Below are positions 40,040 to 51,400 of a DNA stretch of 64,000 nucleotides, one piece after another. Source of the DNA: an uncultured cyanobacterium. Its GTDB lineage: Bacteria; Cyanobacteriota; Cyanobacteriia; Cyanobacteriales; CAWCAG01. The translations under genes were made by a program, and so were the position numbers. The notes under the pieces are model-generated. The model was not told where the DNA came from, did no database searches, and saw only the letters and a list, made by a program, of their open reading frames with translations. Where the stretch lies: positions 192,001-256,000 of the forward strand of contig CAWDOD010000003.1 of the NCBI GenBank assembly GCA_963803805.1, given 5' to 3'. The first letter of the stretch is position 1. Every line of letters starts with the position of its first letter.

Positions 40040-40684
40040 ATGACAGCAAGCTATGCAACCTCTTCTGCTAGAGCAGAAATGACAGAACTTCGACGCTTAA
40101 AAACTTTGTTACCGCCAGAGTTACAAAGTTGGGTCATGGTAGAAGGTACAGCAGAAGTTAACCCCCCTTTAATTCGGTGTGAAGAAATCGGTCGAGACGA
40201 AGTAGAAATTCAAATCGACTTAGCCAAGTGGGAAAACTTTGCTATTGATCAGCGTAACCTATTATTCTGGCACGAAGTTGCCCGTGTTCAAAATGATACT
40301 ATCCCCAGAGAGGGATGGGAAATGGCTGCCTTAGCAATAGGTTTAGGGGGGGCAGTAGGAGAACTTTGGGTTCAAGATGGTTTATTGCTGCTTCTAGCTT
40401 TATCCCTTTGCGGTATATCTGGCTATCGGCTTTGGCAAAAGAATAATGGAGATCGTACTTTACAAGAAGCTATTGAAGCTGATGAAAAAGCGATTATTCT
40501 TGCCACTCGCTTCAACTATACTCTCCCCAATGCCTATAAGAGTCTAGGTAGCGCCCTCAAAACAATTATTGAACAAAGCCCCAGCCGCCGTCAGCGCAAG
40601 AAGTATGAAACTCGCTTACAAGCTTTACGTCGCAATGCTTCTAAGGCAAAAGCAAAGATGAAAGAAAAACGGGGGAGTCAATGA
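40040..40684 (+). CDS. DUF3318-like protein
   Basis: ELRRLKTLLPPEL, QRNLLFWHEV and GLGGAVGELWVQDG. Confidence 0.8.
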   Translation: MTASYATSSARAEMTELRRLKTLLPPELQSWVMVEGTAEVNPPLIRCEEIGRDEVEIQIDLAKWENFAIDQRNLLFWHEVARVQNDTIPREGWEMAALAIGLGGAVGELWVQDGLLLLLALSLCGISGYRLWQKNNGDRTLQEAIEADEKAIILATRFNYTLPNAYKSLGSALKTIIEQSPSRRQRKKYETRLQALRRNASKAKAKMKEKRGSQ

Positions 40685-40747
40685 ACAATGAACATTGTTT
40701 CCGTATTGCTTCGTTATTCCTATAACTGAATCATTGAGCATTTATTA

Positions 40748-41548
40748 TTAGAGTTGCCCAATCATTTTATGGGTTTGGGGCAGTACCTTAACTTGGTTGA
40801 ACTTCTGAGATTGCCCTAGCTGCTTCATTAAGACTTGCCAATCCAGAATTTGCTCTGGTGTAGGAGAAACTAGCTCTCTAGCTCCTAAAGGCTTTTCTAG
40901 GGGGGTTACAGGTTGTAAGAAAATAACTATCTCCGGATTCACTTTAGCAACTAACTCAGCCGCTTGCTTCAAATCCTCTGGGTTAGTTGTTTGAGAAACA
41001 ATTATTTTCACAAAAACATCTACCGAAGCCTCCCAACATAGCTGAAGAAACTCTTTGTGTGCTTGCCAATGTTCTTCCCCGCTAGTACTAGGTAACTTAA
41101 TATCCATACCTACCAAATCGAGATAGGGCAGAATTTTACTCAAAAGTTGGGGGCGATGACCCCCAGTTTCTAGATAAATTGGTAAGGAGCTAACTTCCTT
41201 AAGCTGGGGCAAAAACTCTTGGAGGAAGGGAGCATGGAGTAGAGGCTCTCCCCCAGTTAAACTAATACTATCGTGTAGTCTTGGTCTATCTTGTTGCTTA
41301 ACCCATTGCAGCAACACAGGCAATTCCACAGGATTAGGGTAGTCGATAAAATCTCGCTTTCCGGGTGTCTGTTCAACTCGACATTTTGGAGAAAGTCCCC
41401 AAGTATGAGAACTATCACAAAAATTGCACCGCAGGTCACAAAAAGCAAAACGGATAAAAATTTGGCGAGTACCAACATTAACCCCTTCTCCTTGAATAGC
41501 AGAAAAAACTTCGACTAAGTTAGCCTTATGGGAAGATTGCTTAATCAT
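40748..41548 (-). CDS. queE: 7-carboxy-7-deazaguanine synthase
   Basis: EVFSAIQGEG, CDLRCNFCDS radical-SAM motif, TGGEP, PQTHK. Confidence 0.93.
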   Translation of the reverse strand: MIKQSSHKANLVEVFSAIQGEGVNVGTRQIFIRFAFCDLRCNFCDSSHTWGLSPKCRVEQTPGKRDFIDYPNPVELPVLLQWVKQQDRPRLHDSISLTGGEPLLHAPFLQEFLPQLKEVSSLPIYLETGGHRPQLLSKILPYLDLVGMDIKLPSTSGEEHWQAHKEFLQLCWEASVDVFVKIIVSQTTNPEDLKQAAELVAKVNPEIVIFLQPVTPLEKPLGARELVSPTPEQILDWQVLMKQLGQSQKFNQVKVLPQTHKMIGQL

Positions 41549-41658
41549 AAATTTGCATAAATACCGAGTTTTTTAATTCTTGATGAAGATAGAGATTTTA
41601 GGACAGAATATTGGTCGAGCGATCAATATTTTATGACTAAAGGAAGCAGCCAGTTGCA

Positions 41659-42666
41659 ATGACTAGCCAAACCCCAGAAATTCCAGAAGCTGATTTTAAG
41701 ATCAATTTATCTGACCAGGTAGCCTGTATTGAGATGCCGGAAAGGATAACTATTTTGGAGGCTGTCGCTTTTAAAACGACATTTCAAGAACTCCTTGTTG
41801 TTACCCCTGGGCCAGAAAAAATCGTTCTCAACTTCACCAAGAATACCTTTATCGATAGCAGCGGCATTGGTGCTTTAGTTACTAATTTCAAAGCTGCCCA
41901 GAAAAAAGGCTTAGAGTTGTTACTCAAAAATGTCCATCCTCAAGTGATGGCGGTTTTTATTATGAATGGGCTTGATCAAGTTCTTGAGATTCAACCCCAA
42001 GCTAAAAAACAAATCCAATCCCCGAATAGTAATCAAGAATCTCAGCCCCCAGCAACTCACCCTTCAACTCATTCTTTGGTAAAACGATTGATAGATGTTA
42101 TTGGGGGCTTAGTTGGTTTGGTGATTACAGGGATTTTGTTTATTCCCATTGTTATAGCCATTAAACTCGAAAGTCCAGGTCCAATTTTCTTCGCCCAAAC
42201 TCGTCACGGTTGGCTAGGGAAGAAATTCAAAATCTGGAAATTCCGCTCCATGTGCATTGATGCAGAAAAAAGGAAGTCTGAGATCAAAAATCAAGCAAGT
42301 GGGGCTTTTTTCAAAAATGAAAATGATCCTCGTATCACCAAGGTGGGTAGCTTTTTAAGAAAAACTAGTCTTGATGAATTGCCTCAATTCTGGAATGTTG
42401 TTAAAGGAGAGATGAGTTTGGTGGGAACCCGTCCTCCTACTAGTGATGAAGTTGACCATTACGATATTCCCGAATGGCAAAGATTCGATGTTAAACCGGG
42501 GATGACAGGAGAGTGGCAAGTTAACGGGCGCTCACAAATTCGTGAATTTGAAGATGTTATCAAAATGGACTTGCGCTATCAAAAAAACTGGAGTTTGATT
42601 TATGATATCAAACTAATCCTCAAAACCATCTTAATTTTGTTTAATAAAAATAGTGGAGCTGTTTAA
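41659..42666 (+). CDS. STAS (anti-anti-sigma) domain fused to a bacterial sugar transferase (phosphoglycosyl transferase)
   Basis: FIDSSGIGAL; KRLID, KFRSM, DPRIT, SLDELPQF, SLVGTRP. Confidence 0.92.
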   Translation: MTSQTPEIPEADFKINLSDQVACIEMPERITILEAVAFKTTFQELLVVTPGPEKIVLNFTKNTFIDSSGIGALVTNFKAAQKKGLELLLKNVHPQVMAVFIMNGLDQVLEIQPQAKKQIQSPNSNQESQPPATHPSTHSLVKRLIDVIGGLVGLVITGILFIPIVIAIKLESPGPIFFAQTRHGWLGKKFKIWKFRSMCIDAEKRKSEIKNQASGAFFKNENDPRITKVGSFLRKTSLDELPQFWNVVKGEMSLVGTRPPTSDEVDHYDIPEWQRFDVKPGMTGEWQVNGRSQIREFEDVIKMDLRYQKNWSLIYDIKLILKTILILFNKNSGAV

Positions 42667-42691
42667 AAAACCAAAAAAACATTTTCTGTTA

Positions 42692-43159
42692 ATGCAGAAT
42701 AAAAAACCACTTAAAGAATCATACTTAGAAGTCACCACAGACTTAAACGCTTTGTCGCAAGTGTTAGATTGGTTTGAAGAAATTGCTACTCCTCTACTAC
42801 CAGGAAAAGCTTCCTGGCAATGTAAGCTAGCCTTGGCAGAAGGCTTTACTAATGCTGTTCGCCATGCACACCAGGGTCTACCTAAAGCAACGCCAATTAA
42901 ATTAGAACTTAAATTCTTTACTCAATATCTAGAAATGAAAATATGGGACAAAGGACAACCTTTCGATCTTATTGCTAGGCTTCAATATCAAATTAAATTA
43001 CAAAATGATTTTGATCCCAAAAAAGATGATGTTCCAGAAGGTGGACGAGGTTTAGTTTGGATGAATCAATTAACTGACGAACTAAGTTATATTCGCACCC
43101 CCGATCAACAAAATTGCTTGTTTATGGGTAAGAAACTTAAAAGGATTAGGAAGCAATAA
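42692..43159 (+). CDS. Anti-sigma regulatory factor / RsbW-like kinase
   Basis: LAEGFTNAVRHAH, IWDKGQPF, EGGRGL; start uncertain (42653 or 42692). Confidence 0.88.
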   Translation: MQNKKPLKESYLEVTTDLNALSQVLDWFEEIATPLLPGKASWQCKLALAEGFTNAVRHAHQGLPKATPIKLELKFFTQYLEMKIWDKGQPFDLIARLQYQIKLQNDFDPKKDDVPEGGRGLVWMNQLTDELSYIRTPDQQNCLFMGKKLKRIRKQ

Positions 43160-43196
43160 GGGTTAGGGGTTAGGGGTTAGGGGTCAGGGGTCAGGG
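43157..43196. repeat. Heptamer short tandem repeat (YAGGGGT)
   Basis: taagggt taggggt x3 caggggt caggg. Confidence 0.75.
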
Positions 43197-43235
43197 CATC
43201 TTTACATTTCATCATCTGCCTGAATTAAATAATTA

Positions 43236-43655
43236 TCATTGATAATTGAGCAAAAGTTCCTTTTGCAAAAACTTGCCCCACTTTGCTGCTAAATCAACTT
43301 CAGTAAAGGGAATTTTAATAGTCTCAGTTTGAGCAACTAACTTAAAAGCAAGATCAGGCTTACCTTTATTGGGAAGTGATTCTAAATCAACAACTTCATC
43401 ATCAACTAATAACTCAATAGACTCTACATCTTGAAGAGAAAAAATTTCTATATCAATAGGTTCGCCGCGAGTGGGCTTTCCCCAAGTAATCTCGCTACCT
43501 TTTTTGCCGATAACAGCATAAATATCATACTTCGCCTGGTCAAACTGTTCTGCCCAACGACCATAAGCTTCCACTTTTTGATATTCATACCAACCTTTCC
43601 AAGCTAGCCAAAAAAAGACAGCTAATAAAGGCAACCACAATAAACCTCTTTCCAC
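43236..43655 (-). CDS. Conserved hypothetical membrane-anchored protein
   Basis: MERGLLWLPLL...AKYDIYAVIG. Confidence 0.8.
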   Translation of the reverse strand: MERGLLWLPLLAVFFWLAWKGWYEYQKVEAYGRWAEQFDQAKYDIYAVIGKKGSEITWGKPTRGEPIDIEIFSLQDVESIELLVDDEVVDLESLPNKGKPDLAFKLVAQTETIKIPFTEVDLAAKWGKFLQKELLLNYQ

Positions 43656-43727
43656 AATAATTTAGTTGTTAGATGTCCTTTATTATTATCTTATATATTT
43701 ACATAATGAGGAGGGAACATTGGCTCA

Positions 43728-44267
43728 ATGGTAGATGAAAAAAACATCCGTATCGGTATTTTAACAGCCTCAGATAGAGCTAGTGCTGGAGTTTATGAAG
43801 ACCTTTCTGGTCAAGCAATAATTGATTTGCTTAATTCTTATTTAGCTAATAAATGGGAACCTGTATATCAAGTTATTCCTGATAACCAAGAGGGTATTGA
43901 AAATTCCCTCAAAAAAATGGCTGATCAAGAGGGTTGTTGTTTAGTTGTAACCACAGGAGGTACAGGACCAGCCCCAAGGGACGTGACCCCAGAAGCAACA
44001 GAGGCTGTGTGTGAGAAGATGTTACCAGGGTTTGGGGAATTAATGCGTTCTGTATCCCTACAATATGTCCCCACAGCGATCCTTTCCCGTCAAACAGCCG
44101 GAATTCGTGGCAGTTGTTTAATAGTTAACCTCCCCGGCAAGCCCAAATCAATTAAGGAATGTCTCGAAGCCGTTTTCCCAGCTATCCCTTATTGTCTAGA
44201 TTTAATTAATGCTCCTTACTTAGAATGCAATGGAGATGTTATTCAAGTATTTCGACCAAAGAAGTAA
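43728..44267 (+). CDS. mog: Molybdopterin adenylyltransferase
   Basis: SDRASAGVYEDLSG, TTGGTGPAPRDVTPEAT, NLPGKP. Confidence 0.95.
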   Translation: MVDEKNIRIGILTASDRASAGVYEDLSGQAIIDLLNSYLANKWEPVYQVIPDNQEGIENSLKKMADQEGCCLVVTTGGTGPAPRDVTPEATEAVCEKMLPGFGELMRSVSLQYVPTAILSRQTAGIRGSCLIVNLPGKPKSIKECLEAVFPAIPYCLDLINAPYLECNGDVIQVFRPKK

Positions 44268-44326
44268 ACTGAATAATTGCGGTGCGACCCTGCATGGCGC
44301 GTAATACGCAAGGGAATGCGCATCGA

Positions 44327-44359
44327 TTGATAACTAATAACTGATAACTGATAACTGAT
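44327..44359. repeat. Heptamer short tandem repeat (TGATAAC)
   Basis: About 4.5 copies immediately before cysS. Confidence 0.7.
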
Positions 44360-45805
44360 ATGACCCTAACAGTATATAACACCCAAAATCGTCGCCAAGA
44401 GGCTTTTCAAACCATTGAACCTGGAAAGGTGAAAATGTATTGCTGTGGTGTTACTGTTTATGACTATTGTCATTTAGGTCATGCTCGTTCTTATATTGTT
44501 TGGGATGTGGTACGTCGCTATTTGGAATGGCGGGGATACGAAGTTGAGTATGTGCAGAATTTCACAGATATTGACGATAAAATTATCAATCGGGGGAAGC
44601 GAGATAATTTAGCACCGGAAGAGGTTGCACAATGCTATATCAAAGAATATTTCACAGATATTAGACGTTTAAATGTTAGGGATGCAGATGCTTATCCCCA
44701 AGCAACAGAACATATCGCTGCCATGCACCAGCTAATTGAAAACTTAATCGAACAGGATTTAGCTTATGCTGCTGGGGGAGATGTTTATTATCGAGTGGAA
44801 AAGTTCCCTAGCTACGGTAAACTTTCAGGACGAAAATTAGACCAAATGGAAGCGGGGGCAAGTGGTAGGGTTGATACTTCTGAGGTCGAAGAGGTTAAAA
44901 AACAACACCCCTTCGATTTTGCTCTCTGGAAGGCTGCTAAGAAGAGTGAACCTAGTTGGGATTCTCCTTGGGGGTCTGGCCGTCCGGGCTGGCATATCGA
45001 ATGTTCAGCAATGGTTAAAGCCCTTTTAGGAGATACCATTGATATTCATAGTGGTGGTGGGGATTTGGTTTTCCCTCACCATGAAAATGAAATTGCCCAA
45101 TCGGAAGGGGCAACTAAGCAACCGTTGGCTAATTATTGGTTGCATAATGGCATGGTGATGGTAGATGGACAGAAAATGTCGAAATCTTTAGGTAACTTCA
45201 CTACCATCAGGGATTTATTAAACCGCCCTGTTGACCCCATGGTAGTGAGGCTATTTGTTTTACAAGCACAGTACCGCAAACCTTTAGACTTTACTGATGA
45301 AGCGATCGCCTCAGCTAAAAATAGTTGGGAAACTTGGCAAGCAGGCTTATCATTTGGGCAGCAATATGGGGAAAAGTTAGGCTTCCGAGAGGAATATCTA
45401 CAGATAGATGAGTCCTATAAATCTCGTTTTATTGAGGCGATGGATAATGATTTTAATACTCCTAATGCCATGGCAGTTTTGTTTGAATTAGCTAAGGAAT
45501 TGCGCCGTCAGACTAATTTAGTCGTTCATGAAGGAGAAATTGACGCTTCAACTCAAGTTTTAGCTAGGCAGTGGCATACCTTAGTTGAATTAGCGGCTGT
45601 TTTGGGGTTAGAAGCTATTACCGAACAAGAAGAAATTCCTCAAACTAATACCGAAAAAATTCAAACTTTGGTCAAACAAAGACAACAAGCAAGGCGCGAT
45701 CGCAATTTCACAGAAGCTGATCGCCTTCGAGATCAACTTCAAGAAATGGGCATTGGTTTAATAGATCAACCTAACGGTGAAACTCGCACTTTAGAACTAA
45801 AGTAA
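44360..45805 (+). CDS. cysS: Cysteine--tRNA ligase
   Basis: CGVTVYD, HLGH, GRPGWHIECS, FPHHENE, KMSKS. Confidence 0.98.
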   Translation: MTLTVYNTQNRRQEAFQTIEPGKVKMYCCGVTVYDYCHLGHARSYIVWDVVRRYLEWRGYEVEYVQNFTDIDDKIINRGKRDNLAPEEVAQCYIKEYFTDIRRLNVRDADAYPQATEHIAAMHQLIENLIEQDLAYAAGGDVYYRVEKFPSYGKLSGRKLDQMEAGASGRVDTSEVEEVKKQHPFDFALWKAAKKSEPSWDSPWGSGRPGWHIECSAMVKALLGDTIDIHSGGGDLVFPHHENEIAQSEGATKQPLANYWLHNGMVMVDGQKMSKSLGNFTTIRDLLNRPVDPMVVRLFVLQAQYRKPLDFTDEAIASAKNSWETWQAGLSFGQQYGEKLGFREEYLQIDESYKSRFIEAMDNDFNTPNAMAVLFELAKELRRQTNLVVHEGEIDASTQVLARQWHTLVELAAVLGLEAITEQEEIPQTNTEKIQTLVKQRQQARRDRNFTEADRLRDQLQEMGIGLIDQPNGETRTLELK

Positions 45806-45846
45806 TCCCCTCTCTTGAGTGTTTAATGATAAATGTTAGATGATAA

Positions 45847-46893
45847 ATGGAATACAACGAGTTATTTGCAACAATTGAAGAACTAGTTTTACATCATTCC
45901 CCTAGTGGCATGGAAGGAGAAATTGATGTTTTATTGCAACAAAAATTCACTCAATTAGGAGTTGAAGTATGGCAAGATCGCGCCGGGAATATAATTGCTA
46001 GAATTCCAGGGCAAAATCCTCAAAGAGCGATCGCAATTACAGCACATAAAGACGAAATTGGAGCCATAGTTAAGAATATTGATGAAGATGGTTGTTTAGA
46101 TGTTCGTAGGCTAGGAGGTTCTTTTCCTTGGGTTTATGGTGAAGGGGTTGTGGATATCCTTGGGGATAAAGAAACTATTGCCGGAATTCTTTCTTTTGGC
46201 TCTCGCCACGTTTCCCATGAATCTCCTCAAAAAGCTTTACAAGACAATGCTCCTTTGAAATGGGAAAATGCTTGGGTAGAAACGAAGCGTAGCCCGGCAG
46301 AATTAGCTGAATTAGGAGTAAGGGCAGGTAGTAGGGTTGTGGTAGGAAAACACCGTAAAAAGCCTCTACGTATTAAAGATTATATTGGTAGTTATACTCT
46401 AGATAATAAAGCTTCTATCGCCATTTTACTCGCCTTAGCTCAACAAATCAAAAATCCGATTAAAGATGTTTATTTAGTTGCCTCAGCCAAAGAAGAAGTA
46501 GGAGCAATTGGTGCATTATACTTTACTCAAAACCAAAAATTAGACTCCCTAATTGCCTTAGAAATTTGTCCTTTGTCCCCAGAATATCCGATTTTACCAG
46601 GCAGCTTTCCTGTACTACTTTCTCAAGATGGTTATGGTGTTTATGATGAAGGATTGAACCAAGAAATTAGAAAAGCCGCAGAGCAAGCTAGTGTTCCTCT
46701 ACAACTTGCGGTTATTAGTGGTTTTGGTAGTGACGCATCCATCGCCATGAAGTTCGGACATATAGCTAGGGGGGCTTGTTTAGGATTTCCTACTGAAAAT
46801 ACCCACGGTTACGAAATTGCCCATTTAGGGGCGATTACAAACTGCATCGAAATTCTGAGTGCTTACTGTCAAAGTAATTTTGAATTAAGCTAA
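45847..46893 (+). CDS. M42 family metallopeptidase
   Basis: SPSGME, AHKDEIG, LDNK, KEEVG, HGYE. Confidence 0.9.
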   Translation: MEYNELFATIEELVLHHSPSGMEGEIDVLLQQKFTQLGVEVWQDRAGNIIARIPGQNPQRAIAITAHKDEIGAIVKNIDEDGCLDVRRLGGSFPWVYGEGVVDILGDKETIAGILSFGSRHVSHESPQKALQDNAPLKWENAWVETKRSPAELAELGVRAGSRVVVGKHRKKPLRIKDYIGSYTLDNKASIAILLALAQQIKNPIKDVYLVASAKEEVGAIGALYFTQNQKLDSLIALEICPLSPEYPILPGSFPVLLSQDGYGVYDEGLNQEIRKAAEQASVPLQLAVISGFGSDASIAMKFGHIARGACLGFPTENTHGYEIAHLGAITNCIEILSAYCQSNFELS

Positions 46894-46960
46894 CTGCTAA
46901 TTGCTAGTTGAATCATTGGTAACTGTAGGGCTTGCCTTTGCCCTTAGATATCATTGATAA

Positions 46961-48181
46961 TCAAACTTTAACTGAACCGAAATGAGTACTAAAGGCGATA
47001 TTTAAGTTTTCTAAAGAGTTAACTAACCAAACAACTTTGTTTTTGGTAAAACTCTCATAGTGATTAAACAGAATAGCAAATTGTTTTTCTAAATAAGGTT
47101 TGACTTTATCACAGAGCAAAACAACTTTGAGCAATAAGCCAACGGTTGAGGTAACACCTAAGTTGGTGGTAATATCAGAGAAAATGTAGTGGACAGGATT
47201 TTCAGCGCTTTCTACCACAAGGAAATCTAATAGCTTGCGACAAGTTTTGTGGAGTAAGTTTTCGCTAAGTTGCTGGCTGTCATTTTCTATTAAAGTAGTT
47301 TGTAAATGTTCATAAAGTCGTCGATTAAAATGGCCATTACCGTACTTGGGGTCAATCGAAGCGGTTAAGTGATCGTATAATTCTTCTTTAAAAGTGCGGT
47401 AACAAGGTGTCCAACGGCTTGAAGTCCGAAATCTTGTGGCTAGGTCACGATAAGTATTACTGCTGTCAACTTTGCCAGTAAAGTGTTGGATCGCATAGTT
47501 CAATTCCCCATCGCTAAGCAATGTAGGGTTGGGAAGAGGGTTTTGGGGGCGTTGTAACTTTTGGTAGGTGACATATTTAGATAAATCTAGCTCAAACTTC
47601 TGTTGTGCTTGCTCTTTGATGAGCCGGATTTTTTGCCGTTGTTCGTCGCTGCTATCATTAGTTAGCAAACAGTGTTCATAAAGACAAGGATAGCGACCAA
47701 TGAAGCTTCTTAAAGGAGTTGCTTCTGTATGGTTATGTTGACTGCTTTGAGCAAATACTTCAGCTAAATGTCTTAAGGAACGGTATTGCTCAGTTTGCTG
47801 AAAATCTTTAATTAAAGAGCGGAGGCGTTGGGTGGTGCGAGAGGTGGCAGGTTGAGTTGGTAGGGTGTCAAAAAGTCCGATTAGGCGGAGGATAGTGGTT
47901 TTGCAACGCGGCTGTTTTAACCAGCTATTGATGAAGATATAACAACTACGATTGAGGATAAACTTAAACTCCCTAGCCGCAAAATCTGAAAGGATAATTC
48001 TTTCCAAAGACCAGCGAATTTGAGGATTGGGATAGCTGTTTCCTTCTATAAATAAGAGGCGAAAACGGGCAATCAGCTTTTCAGGAGTTTCTCTTTGGGT
48101 GCATTCTCGTAAATGAGCATAAAGAAAATCCTCATCTGAGGTGGTTTCGCGGTTGTAGTAGTTCGATAATGAGTCAGTCAC
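46961..48181 (-). CDS. Conserved cyanobacterial hypothetical protein
   Basis: 406 aa; FKFILNRSCYIFINSW, RYPCLYEH, NPTLL and LENLNIAFS motifs; function unknown. Confidence 0.8.
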   Translation of the reverse strand: MTDSLSNYYNRETTSDEDFLYAHLRECTQRETPEKLIARFRLLFIEGNSYPNPQIRWSLERIILSDFAAREFKFILNRSCYIFINSWLKQPRCKTTILRLIGLFDTLPTQPATSRTTQRLRSLIKDFQQTEQYRSLRHLAEVFAQSSQHNHTEATPLRSFIGRYPCLYEHCLLTNDSSDEQRQKIRLIKEQAQQKFELDLSKYVTYQKLQRPQNPLPNPTLLSDGELNYAIQHFTGKVDSSNTYRDLATRFRTSSRWTPCYRTFKEELYDHLTASIDPKYGNGHFNRRLYEHLQTTLIENDSQQLSENLLHKTCRKLLDFLVVESAENPVHYIFSDITTNLGVTSTVGLLLKVVLLCDKVKPYLEKQFAILFNHYESFTKNKVVWLVNSLENLNIAFSTHFGSVKV

Positions 48182-48410
48182 AAATCAACACTCCCAATTT
48201 TAAAGGAAGAGTAAGGAGCAAGGTCAGCCAATAGTATTTATATCCTAGCTACTAATATTTATGCAGTTTAGGATTGACGTTGCAGAAAAATAGTAAGTTT
48301 CTTTGATAGTATGGAGGATTCTAACTTTATTAATGCCATAATCTAAGAACTTTTTCTTCCGTAAAAGCATTGAACATTTAGATGAAGTAATGGCAGTGGT
48401 TCTGTTATTC

Positions 48411-51400
48411 CTACGAGGAATGCGCCCCTAAAGCTTTTAAGGTAGCTTGTTGTGCTTGGGTTATGCCTGTAACCCCTTGAATATTAGTTCCGTCATAGGG
48501 TTTATCGGTGTTTAGGGTTTTGAGGCATTGGCTAGTTTCTCTGTCCCAAAGTTCAATGGTTCGGTCTTGGGTAGCACTAATAATCATTTGACCAAAGGAA
48601 CTAAAGTTGACTAACCAAAGGGGATTGTTACGTTTTGATAAGGTAGTAAGTTCTTCTTGATCTGCTTGCCACCACTGAATTTGATGATCGCAACTACCTA
48701 TAATTAATAGCTGCCCTTGGGGGTTAAAAGTTACTGCTTGAATGATTTGGCTACGATTAGGCCAAGTTTGCAAGCATTCACCTGTGTTTAGATCCCAGAG
48801 TTTGATGGTTTGGTCGTGACTACCAGTAGCTAAGGTGGGTTGGGTGGGATTAAAGCTTAAGCGATGAATGCGATCGCTATGACCAGAAAGAGTATGGAAG
48901 CATTTTCCTGTGGCAACATTCCAAAGTTTAATGGTGCGATCATAGCTGCTACTAGCTAAAATACTACCGTCGTGATTAAAGGCAATTTCACTAATCCAGC
49001 GATTGTGACCAGAAAGAGTATGGAGGCATTTTCCTGTGGTAATATCCCAAAGTTTAATTGTGTAGTCATCGCTACCAGTGGCCAGGATTTGACCGTTAGG
49101 ACTGAAAGTTACTACTTTGATTTTATCTGTGTGTCCTTGAAGGGTTAGTGGAGGTGTAGGGGTTGTGATTGACCAGAGTTTGATAGTGTGGTCATAGCTC
49201 CCTGTTGCTAAAGTTGGCTGGTTGGGGGAAAAGGCCAGGGAACAAACCCAATCGAGGTGTCCAGCCAGTATTTTATAGCAATGACCAGTGTTAAGATCCC
49301 ATAGCTGCACAGTTTTGTCTTCGCTCCCTGTGGCGAGGATTTGTTGCTCTGAGTTGAAGGTAAAAGATAAAATTTGGTTACGCTGGCCTCGTAAAGTTCT
49401 CAGGCGTTTACCGAGTTTCACATCCCAAAGCTGAACAGTTTTGTCTTCGCTGCCAATGGCCAAAATGGGTTGGTCAGGACTAAAGGTTAGAGAATAGACA
49501 TTTTCCCCAATTTTGAGAGTTTTCTGGCAGCTTCTGGTGGGAATATCCCAGAGTTTGACTTGGCGGTTATCACTGCTGCTAGCTAAGATTTGGCTATCAG
49601 GGTTGAAGGCAAAGGCAGAGATGTTATCTTCGTGACCTTGGAGAGTCCGGAAACAACGACCTTGATTAATATCCCAAAGTTGAATAGTTTGATCATCACT
49701 AGTTGCGGCAATGAAACAAGCTTCCGGGCGATCGCCGGGGTGATATTCTCCTAAAGGATAGGGTTGTACCGCTAAGGCAACAGCAGAAAGCCAGCTACTA
49801 TCACCGAAAAAAGGTTGTAAGCATTTCCCGGTATTAAGCTCCCAAATTCTTACAGTTTGGTCATCGCTACTACTAGCAAGGATCTGGTTGTTGGGGCTAA
49901 AACAGAGGGCATGGATTCTCTTACTATGACCGCGAAGGGTATGCAAAGGTTGCCCTGTCTTAATGTCCCAAATCCTGACGGTTTGGTCGTCGCTACCGCT
50001 AGCTAATAAAGAATTGTCTTCACTAAAACCCAAGCAATTAATTTGGTTTTGGTGTCCTGACCAAGTTTTTAGGCATTGACCTGTGGTTACTTGCCAAAGT
50101 CTGAGGAGGCAATCTTCTCCACCACTGGCGAGGAGATCACCTTGGGGGTTAAAAGCTAAAGCCCTCACTCGCCCTGTTTGTCCTTGACAACTTAGAAGTT
50201 GTCGCCCATCTGCCACTTGCCAAAGCAAAATTTGACCTTCTGCATCTCCTGTGGCGAGGATACCACCTTTACCTAAAGCGACTACCAAAGAACTACCTAG
50301 AGTTTTGGCAAAGACAGATTTAGCTAGATCTGCCCCTGCAAAGTTGACATTTTGCAGGTGGGCATCTTGGAGATAGGCTTGCCAAATAGTTAATTGGGAA
50401 AAGTCGTAGGCTGCTAAATTGAGTTTTAATTCCTGGCAGAGGTTAATAATGTTGCCTCCGCCGTAACCTGGTAAGTTGTGATATTTGTTTTTAATTGTTT
50501 GGAGGAGTTGTTGCAGTTTGGCAGCAATTTCCTGGGGATGTTGATATTTGGCGGCTAAACTTTCTGCTATGGGTTGAAGAATAATCCTTTGTTGGCTTTC
50601 TCTGATGTAGTCTTTTGCTTGGGCTTTGATTAAAGCGTGACTCATCAATAAAGAGATATCACCCCCCTCTATTTCTGCGGCGATCTGTTGAATAAACCTT
50701 TCAATGATATATTCCCTTACCGCAGGTTGTTGAGTGAAATAGTTAGTTTGGCGTTCTTTTTCTACTAAGGATCTCCTCGTTAAGGAGATGAGGGAGTTTT
50801 GCAGTTGTCTTTTAGCTTCGGTGGTGACAATATCTTCTTGTAGGGTAGGGAGGGAGGTTGGTTCGCGGTTAATAGCTAGCCAATACATGACTTCTTGTTC
50901 TGCTGTTGAAAGGCGGCTAAGTTGTTGTTCTAGTAAGTCCCTGATGTCAGCAAATTGGGCTGCCCCCTGTTGGATTTGAGTTAATAGTTCTCCTATTTCT
51001 CCCCCATAAAACTCTTGGATGTATGTGGCTACGAGTTTGAGGGCTAAGGGGTTGCCGCCGTAATAAGCCATGAGTTCCTGCTCCTGTCCCTGAGAACCGG
51101 AGCAACCTTTGTCTTTGAGGAAGTTTTGACCTTCACTTTCTTTTAAGCCCCTCAAGGGACAGGAACGGACTTTAGGGGTTTGTCCTTCTAAGAGGGCGAC
51201 TTCTTTGGGTTTTTCCCTACTGGTTAAGATTAAGCAACTTTGGTGAGGGGAGTTACCAATCCGCTTAAACAATTCTCCATAATCGTCATAACCAGGTTGA
51301 TAATGACCCACTTTACTAGGTTGGAGAAGAGATTCTGCATTATCTAAAACTAACAAGACGGGGGCAGAACGCAAGGAGGCCATTAATTGGTTAATTTGCT

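Noticed and set aside
43157-43196. Telomere-like TTAGGG repeats
   Set aside because: The period is 7 bp, matching ordinary cyanobacterial heptamer tandem repeats like those at 44327, 61075 and 63220
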